64,000 nt of DNA from an uncultured Chloroflexia bacterium (GCA_963814125.1 CAWFBR010000010.1:579083-643082); one strand, 5' to 3'; shown: positions 21,874 to 34,455, counted from the stretch's first letter. Notes: generated from the sequence alone by a model not told the origin. Made by a program: numbers and translations.

Positions 21874-23315
21874 CGAGCCACTTCCCCGGCGGGGCGAGCG
21901 GCCGAACCGCCCGGCCAGTTGCCAGCCGTGGCCCCCGGACTCAGCCGTCGTTCCCGCTCGATCTCTTCGCTCAGGACCCGGCCGAAAAGGTCGATCTCGG
22001 ACGGGCTGGTGACTTCCGTGGCGCACACCAGAAGAGCTTCTGCGAGTGTCGCGTCGGCGGGCTCGACCCGGACCAGCGGGATCCCGGCCAGGACCCCTCG
22101 GTCAAGGAGGCGCCTATGGATCTCAAGGGCATTGGGAACTCTGACGGCGAACTCGTTCAGATATGGGCCGGTATGGAGCCGCGGCGCGCCAGCCTGCGCC
22201 AACGCTCGCTCCAGCTCGGCGGCACGAGCGGCCCCCAGCGCGGCCACGTCCCGGAGCCCGTGGGGCCCGATTGCCGCCAGATAGATGGCCGCGGTCAGGG
22301 CGCAAAGGGCCTGGTTGGTGCAGATGTTGCTGGACGCCTTCTCGCGGCGGATGTCCTGCTCGCGCGCGCGCAGAGTCATCACGAAGGCGCGCCGGCCGTC
22401 GACGTCCGATGTCATGCCGATCAGCCGGCCCGGGATCTGGCGAACGAGGGCCTCTTGGCAGGCCAGGATCCCCAGGTACGGCCCACCGTATGCGAGCGGA
22501 ATGCCCAGCGGCTGCCCCTCCCCGGCGGCGATGTCGGCGCCGTAGTCACCGGGCGGCGTCAGCACCGCCAGCGAGACCGGCTCCACCACGGACACGAACA
22601 ACGCGCCGGCGGCGTGTGCCAGCCTGCCGATCTCCGCCATCGGCTCCAGGAGGCCGAGGAAGCTCGGACTAGCCGCCACCACCCCCGCGACCGGATGCTC
22701 GACATCGGCCAGCATCCGCTCAAGCGCCGCAAGGTCTGTCGTCCCAGCGGCCGGGCCGTCGGCGACGAGGGGGACCTCGTCGGCCACGAGCGACGCTCCA
22801 CCGAAGTACGTGCACACGGTCTGGCGATAGTGCGGATGGACCCCGCGACTGATCAAGACCCGCTGGCGACGCGTCGCCCGGCAAGCCATCAAGGCGGCCT
22901 CCGCCGTGGCTGTCGCGCCGTCGTAGTGGGATGCCGAAACGACGTCGAGAGCAGTCAACTCGGCCAGGAGAGACTGGTATTCGTAGATCGTCTGAAGAGT
23001 GCCCTGGCTTATCTCGGGCTGGTAGGGCGTGTAGGCGGTGTAGAACTCGCCGCGGAGCAGCAACTGATCCACGACGGCGGGAACGAAGTGACGGTACGCC
23101 CCGGCGCCCAGGAAGCTGACCAGGTCGACGCGGTTGCGGTCGGCCAGCCCGCGGAGTCGGTCCGACAGCTCGATCTCCGATTCGGGTTCCGGCAGATCCA
23201 GACCCGACGCCCGCAAAGAAGGCGGGATGTCGGCAAAGAGGTCGTCCACGGAGGCGACGCCGATCGCGGCCAGCATCGTCGCGCGATCCTGCGGCGTGTG
23301 CGGTCCGTAGGCCAT
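21870..23315 (-). CDS. gcvPA: Glycine dehydrogenase (decarboxylating) subunit 1
   Basis: MAYGPHTPQDRATMLAAIG...YTPYQPEISQG..., the typical GcvPA N-terminal half; RBS GGAAGGGAG. Confidence 0.85.
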   Translation of the reverse strand: MAYGPHTPQDRATMLAAIGVASVDDLFADIPPSLRASGLDLPEPESEIELSDRLRGLADRNRVDLVSFLGAGAYRHFVPAVVDQLLLRGEFYTAYTPYQPEISQGTLQTIYEYQSLLAELTALDVVSASHYDGATATAEAALMACRATRRQRVLISRGVHPHYRQTVCTYFGGASLVADEVPLVADGPAAGTTDLAALERMLADVEHPVAGVVAASPSFLGLLEPMAEIGRLAHAAGALFVSVVEPVSLAVLTPPGDYGADIAAGEGQPLGIPLAYGGPYLGILACQEALVRQIPGRLIGMTSDVDGRRAFVMTLRAREQDIRREKASSNICTNQALCALTAAIYLAAIGPHGLRDVAALGAARAAELERALAQAGAPRLHTGPYLNEFAVRVPNALEIHRRLLDRGVLAGIPLVRVEPADATLAEALLVCATEVTSPSEIDLFGRVLSEEIERERRLSPGATAGNWPGGSAARPAGEVAR

Positions 23316-23383
23316 CGACTCAACTCCCTTCCGGATTCATCGGGCCCGCGTTCGGGGGCGTGACCCGGTCTCGCGGAGTGAGG

Positions 23384-23770
23384 TCACGCCTCTTCGGTCA
23401 GCTCATCGTACGCGGCCGGGCTCAGCAGCTTGGCCACCTGGCCGGTGTCGGAAAGGTGAATGCGGACCATCCAGCCGGCCCCGAAAGGCTCGCTGTTGAG
23501 CAGCTCGGGATGACTGCTCAGCTCGGCATTGGTCTCAACCACGTCGCCGCCGACCGGCGCGAACAGGTCGCTCACCGCCTTTACAGACTCGATCACGCCG
23601 ACGGACGCGAACTGGTCCACCTTCCGGCCGACCTCCGGCAACTCGACGAAGACGATGTCCCCGAGCTGAGCGGCCGCGTAGTCGGTGATCCCCACCGTGG
23701 CCAGGTCGCCCTCGACCCGGATCCATTCGTGCTCTTTCGTATAGCGCAGATCCTCGGGCACCTTAGCCAT
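23384..23770 (-). CDS. gcvH: Glycine cleavage system H protein
   Basis: 128 aa; the lipoyl-lysine motif ESVKAVSD is present; RBS GGAGGA. Confidence 0.9.
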   Translation of the reverse strand: MAKVPEDLRYTKEHEWIRVEGDLATVGITDYAAAQLGDIVFVELPEVGRKVDQFASVGVIESVKAVSDLFAPVGGDVVETNAELSSHPELLNSEPFGAGWMVRIHLSDTGQVAKLLSPAAYDELTEEA

Positions 23771-23866
23771 TGAGTCCTCCTACGCCCGGTCGCCTACCCT
23801 GTCGTACCTGCCCGGGGCTTCGGGTCGAGTTGCCTTGAGCGCGACATCCAGCGAGCCCGCGACGGC

Positions 23867-24979
23867 CTAGGCAGGCCGCCGGTAGAAGGGCAGTCGCACA
23901 ACCTCGGCCGGAACTCGCTGGTCGCGGATGCCGACAGCCAATATCGTACCGGGCCCGGCCTCGGAGGGCGCGACGTAGGCCATGGCGATGGGCACGCCCA
24001 GCGTGGGCGAGAGAGTCCCACTGGTTACCGCGCCGACGTGACCTTCCCCGGCGAAGACGTCGTAGCCGTGGCGGGCGATGCCCCGACCTCGGACGATCAA
24101 GCCGATGAGCTGCTTGCGCGGTCCGTCCAGGCCGGCCTTCTCCAAGGCCTCTTTGCCGACGAAGTCCCCGGCCTTCTCCAGGTGGACGACGCGCCCGAGG
24201 CCGGCTTCGAACGGCGTCGTGTCCGGCCCCAGTTCGTTGCCGTACAAAGGCATCCCCGCCTCGAGCCGGAGGGTATCTCTGGCGCCTAGCCCAACGGGCA
24301 CGAGGCCCGCAGACTCGCCCGTCTCCATGAGCACATCCCAGACCCGGCCGGCCCCGGCCACGTCGACGAAGATTTCGAATCCGTCCTCGCCCGTGTACCC
24401 GGTCCGAGCCACCATCGCGGCAACGCCCGCGACCTGGCCTTCGGCGATGCCGTAGTAGTGCAGACTCTCCGGCACCACGTTGGTCAGCGGCGCCAGGATC
24501 GCGGCGGCGCGCGGACCCTGTATCGCCACGAGCGCCATGGCCAGGGAGCGATCGTCCAACACCACTCCGAATCCGGCCAGCCGCTCGGCCAGGGCATCGC
24601 TCACGGCGCCGGCGTTCGACGCATTGGCGACCACCATGAACCGCTCGTCGGCGAGCCGGTAGACGATCAAATCGTCAAGGATCCCGCCCTCCGGGAAGCA
24701 GATCATCGAGTACTGAGCGCGCCCGACCTTCAGGCCTGACGGATCAGTCGTGAGGGCAAAGCCGAGCGCGGCGGCTGCCCCGGGACCTTCCACGAACAAC
24801 TCGCCCATGTGAGAGAGATCGAAGAGGCCGGCTCTCGCTCGCACGGCCCTGTGCTCCTCCAGGATGCCGCTGTATTGCAAGGGCATGAGCCAGCCCCCGA
24901 ACCCCACCATCCGCGCCCCGAGGGCCTCGTGCCGGTCGGCCAGCGGAGTTACGAGCGCCGCCTCGTGAGTCTGGGCCAT
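23867..24979 (-). CDS. gcvT: Aminomethyltransferase (glycine cleavage T protein)
   Basis: 370 aa with GLFDLSHMG and YTGEDGFE motifs; RBS GGAGGA 9 nt upstream. Confidence 0.9.
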   Translation of the reverse strand: MAQTHEAALVTPLADRHEALGARMVGFGGWLMPLQYSGILEEHRAVRARAGLFDLSHMGELFVEGPGAAAALGFALTTDPSGLKVGRAQYSMICFPEGGILDDLIVYRLADERFMVVANASNAGAVSDALAERLAGFGVVLDDRSLAMALVAIQGPRAAAILAPLTNVVPESLHYYGIAEGQVAGVAAMVARTGYTGEDGFEIFVDVAGAGRVWDVLMETGESAGLVPVGLGARDTLRLEAGMPLYGNELGPDTTPFEAGLGRVVHLEKAGDFVGKEALEKAGLDGPRKQLIGLIVRGRGIARHGYDVFAGEGHVGAVTSGTLSPTLGVPIAMAYVAPSEAGPGTILAVGIRDQRVPAEVVRLPFYRRPA

Positions 24980-25055
24980 CGGAATAGTCCTCCGGTCGTG
25001 GTCACTTCTGCGCCGACCACGTGCTGTGGACGGGCCTTCTTGCGAGACGTGCGGG

Positions 25056-25631
25056 TCAGCTATCCGCCTCCGGGAGCCGGCTGGCCGCCAGTCCTACTAG
25101 CGATCGTTCCGTCTCGAAGGAAAGAAGCCCCGGTGCCTCGTCGAATGAGATCCATCGGACTTCCTCGAACTCGTGGTCGTGATTCTCAAGCCCGCCCCCC
25201 GTGGCCTCCATGATGAAGTAGTGGACAGTCTTGTGGATCCGCGTGCCTCGCTGGACGAAGGTGTACTTGATCGCGTCCAGCGGCGATACGATACGGACGC
25301 TCAAGCCGGTCTCCTCGCGGACCTCACGAAGGGCCGTCTCCTCGAGGGTCTCGCCCGGAATCGGAGTGCCCTTCGGCAGGGTCCAGGTCTGGCCGTCTTT
25401 GTCGCGCCTGCGGCGACCTACCACGAACTGCGGGACCGTGTCCTGGTAGCGGACCACGATGCCCCCGGCGGAAGTCGCGGTGACGTTGCTCAGCCTCGCC
25501 ACGGGGCCGGCGCGAGGCTCGACCGCCGGTCGGCTTGCGGCCGCCCGACGCCCGTCCAGTGAATCGTGACGGCAGCTCGAACAAGCCCGCTCCGAGACGC
25601 GCTGCGACGGGTCGTGGTAACGGGAAGCCAA
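25056..25631 (-). CDS. NUDIX hydrolase
   Basis: Nudix box GETLEETALREVREETGL. The start is uncertain: the N-terminal 50 aa is Cys/Arg-rich and may be a spurious extension. Confidence 0.7.
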   Translation of the reverse strand: MASRYHDPSQRVSERACSSCRHDSLDGRRAAASRPAVEPRAGPVARLSNVTATSAGGIVVRYQDTVPQFVVGRRRRDKDGQTWTLPKGTPIPGETLEETALREVREETGLSVRIVSPLDAIKYTFVQRGTRIHKTVHYFIMEATGGGLENHDHEFEEVRWISFDEAPGLLSFETERSLVGLAASRLPEADS

Positions 25632-25822
25632 CCGGTCACATGGAGGCGCCCAAACGAGGGGCCCGGGATCGTCCGGTTCGTGGCTGCCCTCTGGAATGTG
25701 AGGCCGGAGTGAAGCCCGAGCCGCCGCTCACCCTCGCGGCCGCCGGTGCCGGCGAAGCGGGCGGTAGGCCAGGCCACGTACCTCGCCGCGATGCTGTGCT
25801 GCATGGGGCCAATCGTACCCGG

Positions 25823-26872
25823 TCAGCCGACCTTTGCAAGCGCGCGCCTGACAAGCTCCAGCTGCTCCGTTGACAGGGAGCCACGCTCTTCCGTGATCTT
25901 CACCTCTCGTCGCGCCGCGGCCAGATAGAGATCCACGACATCGGGAGCGAGGCGCCTCAGAGTCGCCAGATGCGCTTCCAGCGTGCCGCTGTCGCCGCGG
26001 GTGATGGGACCGGTCAGGGATGCGGCCACGCCCATGCCGCGGGCGTTGGCGAGCGTCTGCTCGACGAGCCGCCCGTACACGGCCAGGGCGCCCGGCTCGT
26101 CGAGGCCGACCGCAGCGCCCAGCGTCGAAATCGCGTCGAGCAGGGCAACCAGCCCGCCCGAGGCTAGAACGGCCGCGGCATGGTAGGCGGGCTTGGAGCC
26201 CCGCGGCAGGCGAACAGGCAACCCGCCGATCGCCTCGGCCAGATCTGCGAGCAGACTCATCAGGCGGTCATCTCCCTCGAGGGCAATCGTCGAACCCCTG
26301 ATTGCCGCGACCGATCGCTCGACGTCCGACGTAAATGACACGAGAGGATGAAATGCCCCGATCTGGCTGCCCGCAGCGCGCGTCGATTCGAGCACCTCGG
26401 CACCCAGGAGACCGCTCGTGTGGACCATCACCTGACCGCTATACAGACGAAGAGACTCGATCACCGAGGAAATCGCGTCGTCTGGAACGGCCAGGATCGC
26501 CAGCTCGACTTCATCCAGGACGGCCGCGGGCTCAATGAATGCGCGCGCGGCCGGGACGAGGCTCCGGAACCGCTCGCGCCTGCTCGCGTCGCGGCTGGCT
26601 ACCGCCCTGACCGGCCAGCCGGCCCGGCTGATTGCCACACCCAGGGCTGTTCCGACTGGTCCCGCGCCCACGATCCCGACGGTCGGAGCCCCCACCGTTC
26701 CGCGGACGTGCGGGTGTGGCTCCAGGTGGGCGTGGATCTGATCGCCGTGGCGGTGGCGCCCAGCACTTGCGCCGGACGGATGCGACCGCTCGTACTCAGA
26801 GGGTGCTTTGACGCTTCGAGGACCGCGGCGTGCATCGTCGCGCCAAGGTTTCACGCGGCCTCCTCCCCACAC
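25823..26872 (-). CDS. Rossmann-fold NAD(P)-binding protein with a DUF2520-like C-terminal domain (ProC-like)
   Basis: GIVGAGPVGTALG dinucleotide-binding motif followed by a helical domain. The true start is probably a GTG near VRGTVGAP, about 55 codons into the ORF. Confidence 0.5.
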   Translation of the reverse strand: MWGGGRVKPWRDDARRGPRSVKAPSEYERSHPSGASAGRHRHGDQIHAHLEPHPHVRGTVGAPTVGIVGAGPVGTALGVAISRAGWPVRAVASRDASRRERFRSLVPAARAFIEPAAVLDEVELAILAVPDDAISSVIESLRLYSGQVMVHTSGLLGAEVLESTRAAGSQIGAFHPLVSFTSDVERSVAAIRGSTIALEGDDRLMSLLADLAEAIGGLPVRLPRGSKPAYHAAAVLASGGLVALLDAISTLGAAVGLDEPGALAVYGRLVEQTLANARGMGVAASLTGPITRGDSGTLEAHLATLRRLAPDVVDLYLAAARREVKITEERGSLSTEQLELVRRALAKVG

Positions 26873-27108
26873 CGCAACTGGCGGTATCCTTCTGCCGGAC
26901 CTGCACCACGGCGGCAGATCGCAATCAGGTCGCGCCCAAGCGCGGCGGGACGGCGACCGCCAACCCGAGTGTAGCGTGTCCCTGACGGAAGAGGCGCACC
27001 CCCCGCTCAGGATCTGGAATTAACCTCGCTCGGCCCAGCCAGGCCCGACCGAACATCAGCCAGGCGAGCCTGTCCTGGGTGAGCGAGCCGGAGTTCGAAG
27101 GAGCGACC

Positions 27109-29919
<2,811 letters not shown>

Positions 29920-29946
29920 GCCGGCGCCTTCGGCGGTGGTGGCGTT

Positions 29947-31518
29947 CTAACTGGTTGGAGCGATCAACTTCGCGACGACGCCATCGTCTCCATCGCGGAC
30001 GACACTGAAGGCCGGACTTGTCTTCACGCTGTCCATGAGCGCGCTCGACGCTTCGTTGTGGACGACGTACACGTACGACTCTCCGGAGCCTCCGTTCGCC
30101 TTCATCCAGCGCGCGACGCAAGAAGCATCCGCTTCCGTGCATCCCTGGAGTTCGTCGTACGCGGCCATCCTGTGGTCCCAAGCCGAGCGGCCCTTCCATT
30201 CGAACCCCTGGACGGTGGCCATGCTCGTGCGGTCGGACAGGGCCGGCAACCACTCGCCGTAGACATCGTTCGGCCATTTGGCACCGCTGACGACGGCGAA
30301 GCCTGCATCAGACGGCGTGTTGGATTTCAGCCAGTCCATCGTCGAAACGGCGCTCGGAGACAAAGAATCGAACGGTGGTGCCTTCAGGGCGACGAGGGCC
30401 AGATTGTTGAAGGCAGCCCAAAACATGATCAGCACGAGCACGCCCCGGATCGCGTTGCTTCGAAGAAGGTCTCGCCGTTTGACGTGCAGGACGCCCCTGC
30501 CGATCGCGTCGTACACGCCCACCGCCGCGGCAAGGGTGAGCGGCACGCAGGCGTAGGTGGGCGCGCCGCGCGCAGCGAGGACAATCTCCGCCAGAAACCA
30601 GAGAGGGATGAGCAAGGATCGCCGATAGGCCAGCACCAGGGCCCCGAGCAGACCCAAGGCCACCACAACGGGAGCCAGCAGTTCATCGGCAATGCCCCAT
30701 GTGATGGCCGCGAGGATGGTCGAGGCCGGGTCCGCGCCGGTGCTCCCGGCACCGATGACGTCCCCCAACCGACCCTGAGACACCAGATAGCCCAACCATG
30801 GCAGAACGACCGCGAAGGCTCCTGCGACGACGAAGGCCGCCCTCGCCAGCGCGGCCCGGTCGCGAACGCGCAGAACCGCCAGCAGGACATAGGTCATACC
30901 GAAGAACACGCCCGCCTCCGGGTGAGTCAGAGCGGCGAGACCGGCGAAGATGGCCGCGAACGCGACGTTCCTCCAGCGCGACGTCCGGTACATCACCAGC
31001 AGTTGCCAGATTGCGAGCATGGCGAACAGCAACCCTGGTGTACGGGTCAGGCTGCCGCCCGCGACCAGCCAATCCCAACCTCTTGGCGTGACCGTGTACA
31101 AGAGGGCCGCGAGGTAGGCGTAAGGCCGCCCTGGCAGCGTCTCCAGAGCAATCAGATACAACACCGGGATCGTCAGCATGGCCGCGATCGGGCCGGCGAA
31201 GCGGACTATGGTCAGGGGATCGAAGGGCAGGATCGCGGCGACCAGGAAAGCCAGCGGCGGATAGTCGAACGGAATCCCCGCACTGTTGTAGGAGAGGGTC
31301 GCGGGCAGCGATCCAGCCTCCCGGATGTCACGTATCGCCACGACGAACATTCCGCCGTCGTGCAGCGGAAACGAACTGGCGAACACCGGGACGAGACGGA
31401 AGATCGCCCCCGCCAGCATAACCGCCGCGACGTCCAGGACGGCGCGCGGGACCGGCACTCCCATCCGGCGCCCGGCGGCGGGCGCGGCCGGCTTCTCCCT
31501 GGTTGCGGAGACTTCCAT
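29947..31518 (-). CDS. Glycosyltransferase family 39/83-like integral membrane protein (ArnT/PMT-type) with a C-terminal extracytoplasmic domain
   Basis: At least 10 predicted TM helices and an N-terminal loop motif HDGGMFVVAIRDIREAG resembling the DExRYAExxREM motif of ArnT/PMT enzymes. Start chosen at MEVSATRE, which has GGAGGGGG upstream. Confidence 0.5.
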   Translation of the reverse strand: MEVSATREKPAAPAAGRRMGVPVPRAVLDVAAVMLAGAIFRLVPVFASSFPLHDGGMFVVAIRDIREAGSLPATLSYNSAGIPFDYPPLAFLVAAILPFDPLTIVRFAGPIAAMLTIPVLYLIALETLPGRPYAYLAALLYTVTPRGWDWLVAGGSLTRTPGLLFAMLAIWQLLVMYRTSRWRNVAFAAIFAGLAALTHPEAGVFFGMTYVLLAVLRVRDRAALARAAFVVAGAFAVVLPWLGYLVSQGRLGDVIGAGSTGADPASTILAAITWGIADELLAPVVVALGLLGALVLAYRRSLLIPLWFLAEIVLAARGAPTYACVPLTLAAAVGVYDAIGRGVLHVKRRDLLRSNAIRGVLVLIMFWAAFNNLALVALKAPPFDSLSPSAVSTMDWLKSNTPSDAGFAVVSGAKWPNDVYGEWLPALSDRTSMATVQGFEWKGRSAWDHRMAAYDELQGCTEADASCVARWMKANGGSGESYVYVVHNEASSALMDSVKTSPAFSVVRDGDDGVVAKLIAPTS

Positions 31519-31627
31519 TTCCCCCTCCAGACCTAGCGGCAATCCCAGTTTCTAGCACATTCGCGGCAGCCGCGGACGCCGACGGCGAAAGACGCCGCCC
31601 GCAGTGCCTCTCGTGGAACGCGTTCCT

Positions 31628-32599
31628 TCACTGGCTCCAGCTCGTCGGCTTGCGGTCCCAGCGGTGCTTGCGCAGCTTGCCGACCAGATCTGGGGGCAGC
31701 GGACCCGCGTCGCTCGCGGCGGTATTCGCCTCCACATTCTCTGTCTTGCGCATCCCCGGAATGACTGTGCCGACGTCCGCGTTCGAGAGGATGAAGCGCA
31801 AGGCCATCTCGGCCATGGTCATGCCGGGCGGGACGAGCGGCTTGAGAGCATCGGCGTGGGCTACCGACGAGGCCAGGTTCTCCGGGACGAAGTACGTGCT
31901 GCGCCAGTCGTCCGGCGGCCATTTCGAGTCCAGAGTCAGGCTCCCCGTAAGACTCCCCTCGTCGAAGGGGACGCGGGCAATGACTCCGACGCCGTTCTCG
32001 CGACAGGCCGGGAACAGCTCGTCCTCCGGAGCCTGGTCGAAGATGTTGTAGATGACCTGGACGGCGTCGACCAGGCCCGACTTGACTGCCTCCACGCCGT
32101 TCCACGGCTCCCACCGGTTCAGGCTGATGCCGAACGCCCGGACAGAGCCTTCGTTCTTTAGTTCGGCCACCGTGCGCTGCAGGTCGCCGTTGGCGAGCCA
32201 GTCGTCCTCCCACACGTGGAGCTGGAGGAGGCTGATCGTCTCGACCCCCAGGTTCGCGCAGCTGATGTCGACATAACGCCGGAGGTAATCCCGGGGAAAG
32301 ACCTCCGACAGCGCCACGCCTCGCCGGCTGGGCCACTCATGGTTCTTGGGCGGGACTTTCGTGGCCGCGTACAGACGCTTGTCGGGTCGGGCGGCCATGA
32401 GCCGGCCCAGCAGGAGTTCGCTGTGACCGTCACCGTAGGCTTGCGCCGTGTCGAGGAAGTTGACGCCCCTTGCGACGGCCGCCTCAAGCGAGGCGCGAGA
32501 CTGGATATCGTCCGATCCGGTCCATCCGCCCATGCCCCACATGCCGTAGCCGACTTCGCCGACCCGCCAGCCGGTGCGACCGAACGTCCGATATCGCAT
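31628..32599 (-). CDS. Aldo/keto reductase
   Basis: Start at the internal MRYRTFGRTGWRVGEVGYGMWG with RBS AGGAAGG. Contains the AKR motifs GVNFLDTAQAYG and KVPP. The 92-aa N-terminal extension in the track is spurious. Confidence 0.8.
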   Translation of the reverse strand: MRYRTFGRTGWRVGEVGYGMWGMGGWTGSDDIQSRASLEAAVARGVNFLDTAQAYGDGHSELLLGRLMAARPDKRLYAATKVPPKNHEWPSRRGVALSEVFPRDYLRRYVDISCANLGVETISLLQLHVWEDDWLANGDLQRTVAELKNEGSVRAFGISLNRWEPWNGVEAVKSGLVDAVQVIYNIFDQAPEDELFPACRENGVGVIARVPFDEGSLTGSLTLDSKWPPDDWRSTYFVPENLASSVAHADALKPLVPPGMTMAEMALRFILSNADVGTVIPGMRKTENVEANTAASDAGPLPPDLVGKLRKHRWDRKPTSWSQ

Positions 32600-32785
32600 C
32601 GTCCCCGCCTTCCTGCAGAACCGCGGTCCGCCGCGCCGCGAAATGGCCTCAGACGAATCGTACCCTGCGGCGAGTCGCGGTGCGTGGCCTCGTGGCGGCG
32701 TAGGCGCGCGGCCGCTCGACAGTCGGGCCGTCGTCGGAGTGTCCATACTGCGCGCAAGACGAAGCGGAAAGAGCAGGGGGTCTAA

Positions 32786-33052
32786 ATGGCCGAGTGGATC
32801 TACTTCCTTCACACGCCACGTGAGGATTTCGCGGCGACGATGACGCCCGACGAAGAACGCGTCTGGGGGCTCCACTTCGAGCGTCTCAAAAGGCTGCTGG
32901 CCAAGGGTACGCCGGTCATGGCGGACGAGCCAGCCATCGCAAAGCGGCTACGCCACGAGCGAGCTACGCGGCTTCAGGGTTTCGCTGCTGTGGGGCCGGG
33001 ACCAGAGTGGGCGGGCGGGCGAACCGCCCAACTGAGGCTTCCGGCCCAGTGA
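32786..33052 (+). CDS. YciI-like small protein, possibly truncated or degenerate
   Basis: The N-terminal 45 aa (MAEWIYFLHTPREDFAATMTPDEERVWGLHFERLKRLLAKGTPVM) fit the YciI-family pattern; the C-terminal half is low-complexity and does not fit. Confidence 0.3.
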   Translation: MAEWIYFLHTPREDFAATMTPDEERVWGLHFERLKRLLAKGTPVMADEPAIAKRLRHERATRLQGFAAVGPGPEWAGGRTAQLRLPAQ

Positions 33053-33066
33053 CTCTGCGCGGTCTC

Positions 33067-34209
33067 ATGCGGGCGGCCCGGCAGACCCTGCTCGTCCTGG
33101 CTCTGATCACGATCGCGGCCCTGTGGCTGTTCGACATGGTCTTCCAGAGCGTGGTGGCGCACAGCTTCTACATGGACGACGCGTGGAGTTACCTGGCCGC
33201 CGGTCAGCACGTGCTGACAGGAGCGCCAATCTACGCTCCCTTTCAGATGGCCGGGCCCTACGGCCTCATTGATGCCGCCTGGGGGCGCGGCTTTGTCTAC
33301 CCGCCCACGGCCGCTTTGATCTTTGCGCCGCTCGGCCCCTTCGGACTCCCGGGCATCATCGCCTTCTTCACACTGGCCTGGCTTGCGCTCGGTGTCCTTG
33401 CCGCCCGCGTGGCCCGTCAGACCGGACTATCCGATCGCGCGGCTGTCTGTGTGGCTCTTCTCGTATTCGCCTCGGGGCCGGCCATCAACGCCGCGACCTC
33501 CGGCAACGTGAACCTTCTCGTGGCCGACTTCCTGCTCGGCTCGTGGCTGTGGTCGGGATCGAGCGGCTACCTCGCCGTGATCGGCGGATTGATCAAGGTC
33601 TACCCCGGGGCAGGCCTGATCTGGACGCTTCGACGCCGCCGGTCGGTCAAGGGCCCGATCGCACTCGGGATTGGAGTCACCGTCCTATCCCTCACCCTCC
33701 TCGGGATCGGCACCTGGCACGACTTCGTCCTCACCGTAGTCAACGGCCGATCGGCGTCTTGGTGGTTCCTGCCTTCGCCCGAACAGGCACTGGGCCCCGG
33801 GATCGGAACGGTTGCCGGCTTCGGGCTCTCCCTGCTCGCCCTCGTCGGCGTATGGCGGCTGCGAAACGATCGTTTGGCGTTCGCGCTACTCGGTTGGGCG
33901 ATGATCCTCCCGGCACCGGACTGGTGGTCTCACTATCTCGTCGTCCCGCTCGCCACGGCCTTGCCGTGGGTATGCGCCCGGTTACTCCAAAGCGGAATGG
34001 CGCGGGCTGACGCGGCGACGCTACCCTCCCAACACCTCCTCACCGGTGAGTACTCGCACGCCCGCGGCGTGGAGGGCGGCGAGGGCGGCGTCGGGGTTCT
34101 CGAAGCGGAAGATGATCGCCGCCTTGCCGCCGCGGGACGCCGCACCGAAGTCGTACATGTACTCGACACCGACTCCGGCCGCCTCCAGCGCCGCCAGAAC
34201 CCCGGCTAG
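33067..34209 (+). CDS. DUF2029/GT87-like polytopic membrane protein (putative mannosyltransferase)
   Basis: About 10 TM helices with a DUF2029-like organisation. Start taken at the internal ATG (MRAARQTLLVLAL); the track ORF begins at a GTG at 33007. The last ~190 nt overlap the convergent ACT gene. Confidence 0.45.
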   Translation: MRAARQTLLVLALITIAALWLFDMVFQSVVAHSFYMDDAWSYLAAGQHVLTGAPIYAPFQMAGPYGLIDAAWGRGFVYPPTAALIFAPLGPFGLPGIIAFFTLAWLALGVLAARVARQTGLSDRAAVCVALLVFASGPAINAATSGNVNLLVADFLLGSWLWSGSSGYLAVIGGLIKVYPGAGLIWTLRRRRSVKGPIALGIGVTVLSLTLLGIGTWHDFVLTVVNGRSASWWFLPSPEQALGPGIGTVAGFGLSLLALVGVWRLRNDRLAFALLGWAMILPAPDWWSHYLVVPLATALPWVCARLLQSGMARADAATLPSQHLLTGEYSHARGVEGGEGGVGVLEAEDDRRLAAAGRRTEVVHVLDTDSGRLQRRQNPG

Positions 34210-34455
34210 GCCCCCCGGCTTGTTCTCGACCTCGATCGGCACGACCTCGCTGACGCGCGCGACCATGCCCGCATCTTCGAGCACACGCCTGGCGCGCTCG
34301 GGGTCGCGGACGATGAACCGCAGGATGCCGAAACTGCTCGTGTCCGCAAGAGACATGGTCAGCAGATCGATGTCCGCCGCCGCCAGGGCTTCGCACGGCG
34401 CGCGCAGCGATCCGGGCTTGTTCTCCACGAAGAGCGAGAGCTGCTGGAGCTTCAT
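34021..34455 (-). CDS. ACT domain-containing protein (two ACT repeats), partner of PaaK-like ligases
   Basis: 144 aa; tandem ACT-like beta-alpha-beta-beta-alpha-beta segments (LSLFVENKPGSL... and IEVENKPGGL...); strong RBS GAGGGAGG. Confidence 0.7.
   Translation of the reverse strand: MKLQQLSLFVENKPGSLRAPCEALAAADIDLLTMSLADTSSFGILRFIVRDPERARRVLEDAGMVARVSEVVPIEVENKPGGLAGVLAALEAAGVGVEYMYDFGAASRGGKAAIIFRFENPDAALAALHAAGVRVLTGEEVLGG

Noticed and set aside
24980-25200. Possible glycine riboswitch upstream of gcvT
   Set aside because: Reading the sense strand, none of the conserved aptamer cores (GGAGAG...ACCGAAGGGGCAA...CUCAGGCAAAAGGAC) are present. Only a short hairpin and the RBS are seen.
29920-29946. 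Bidirectional terminator between convergent acnA and the GT39-like gene
   Set aside because: The GC-rich sequence GCCGGCGCCttcGGCGGTGGTGGC forms only an imperfect stem, which is not convincing.
32600-32875. 92-aa N-terminal extension of the aldo/keto reductase ORF
   Set aside because: The AKR fold starts at the internal Met, which has a good RBS (AGGAAGG). The extension has no homology and reads as low-complexity sequence.
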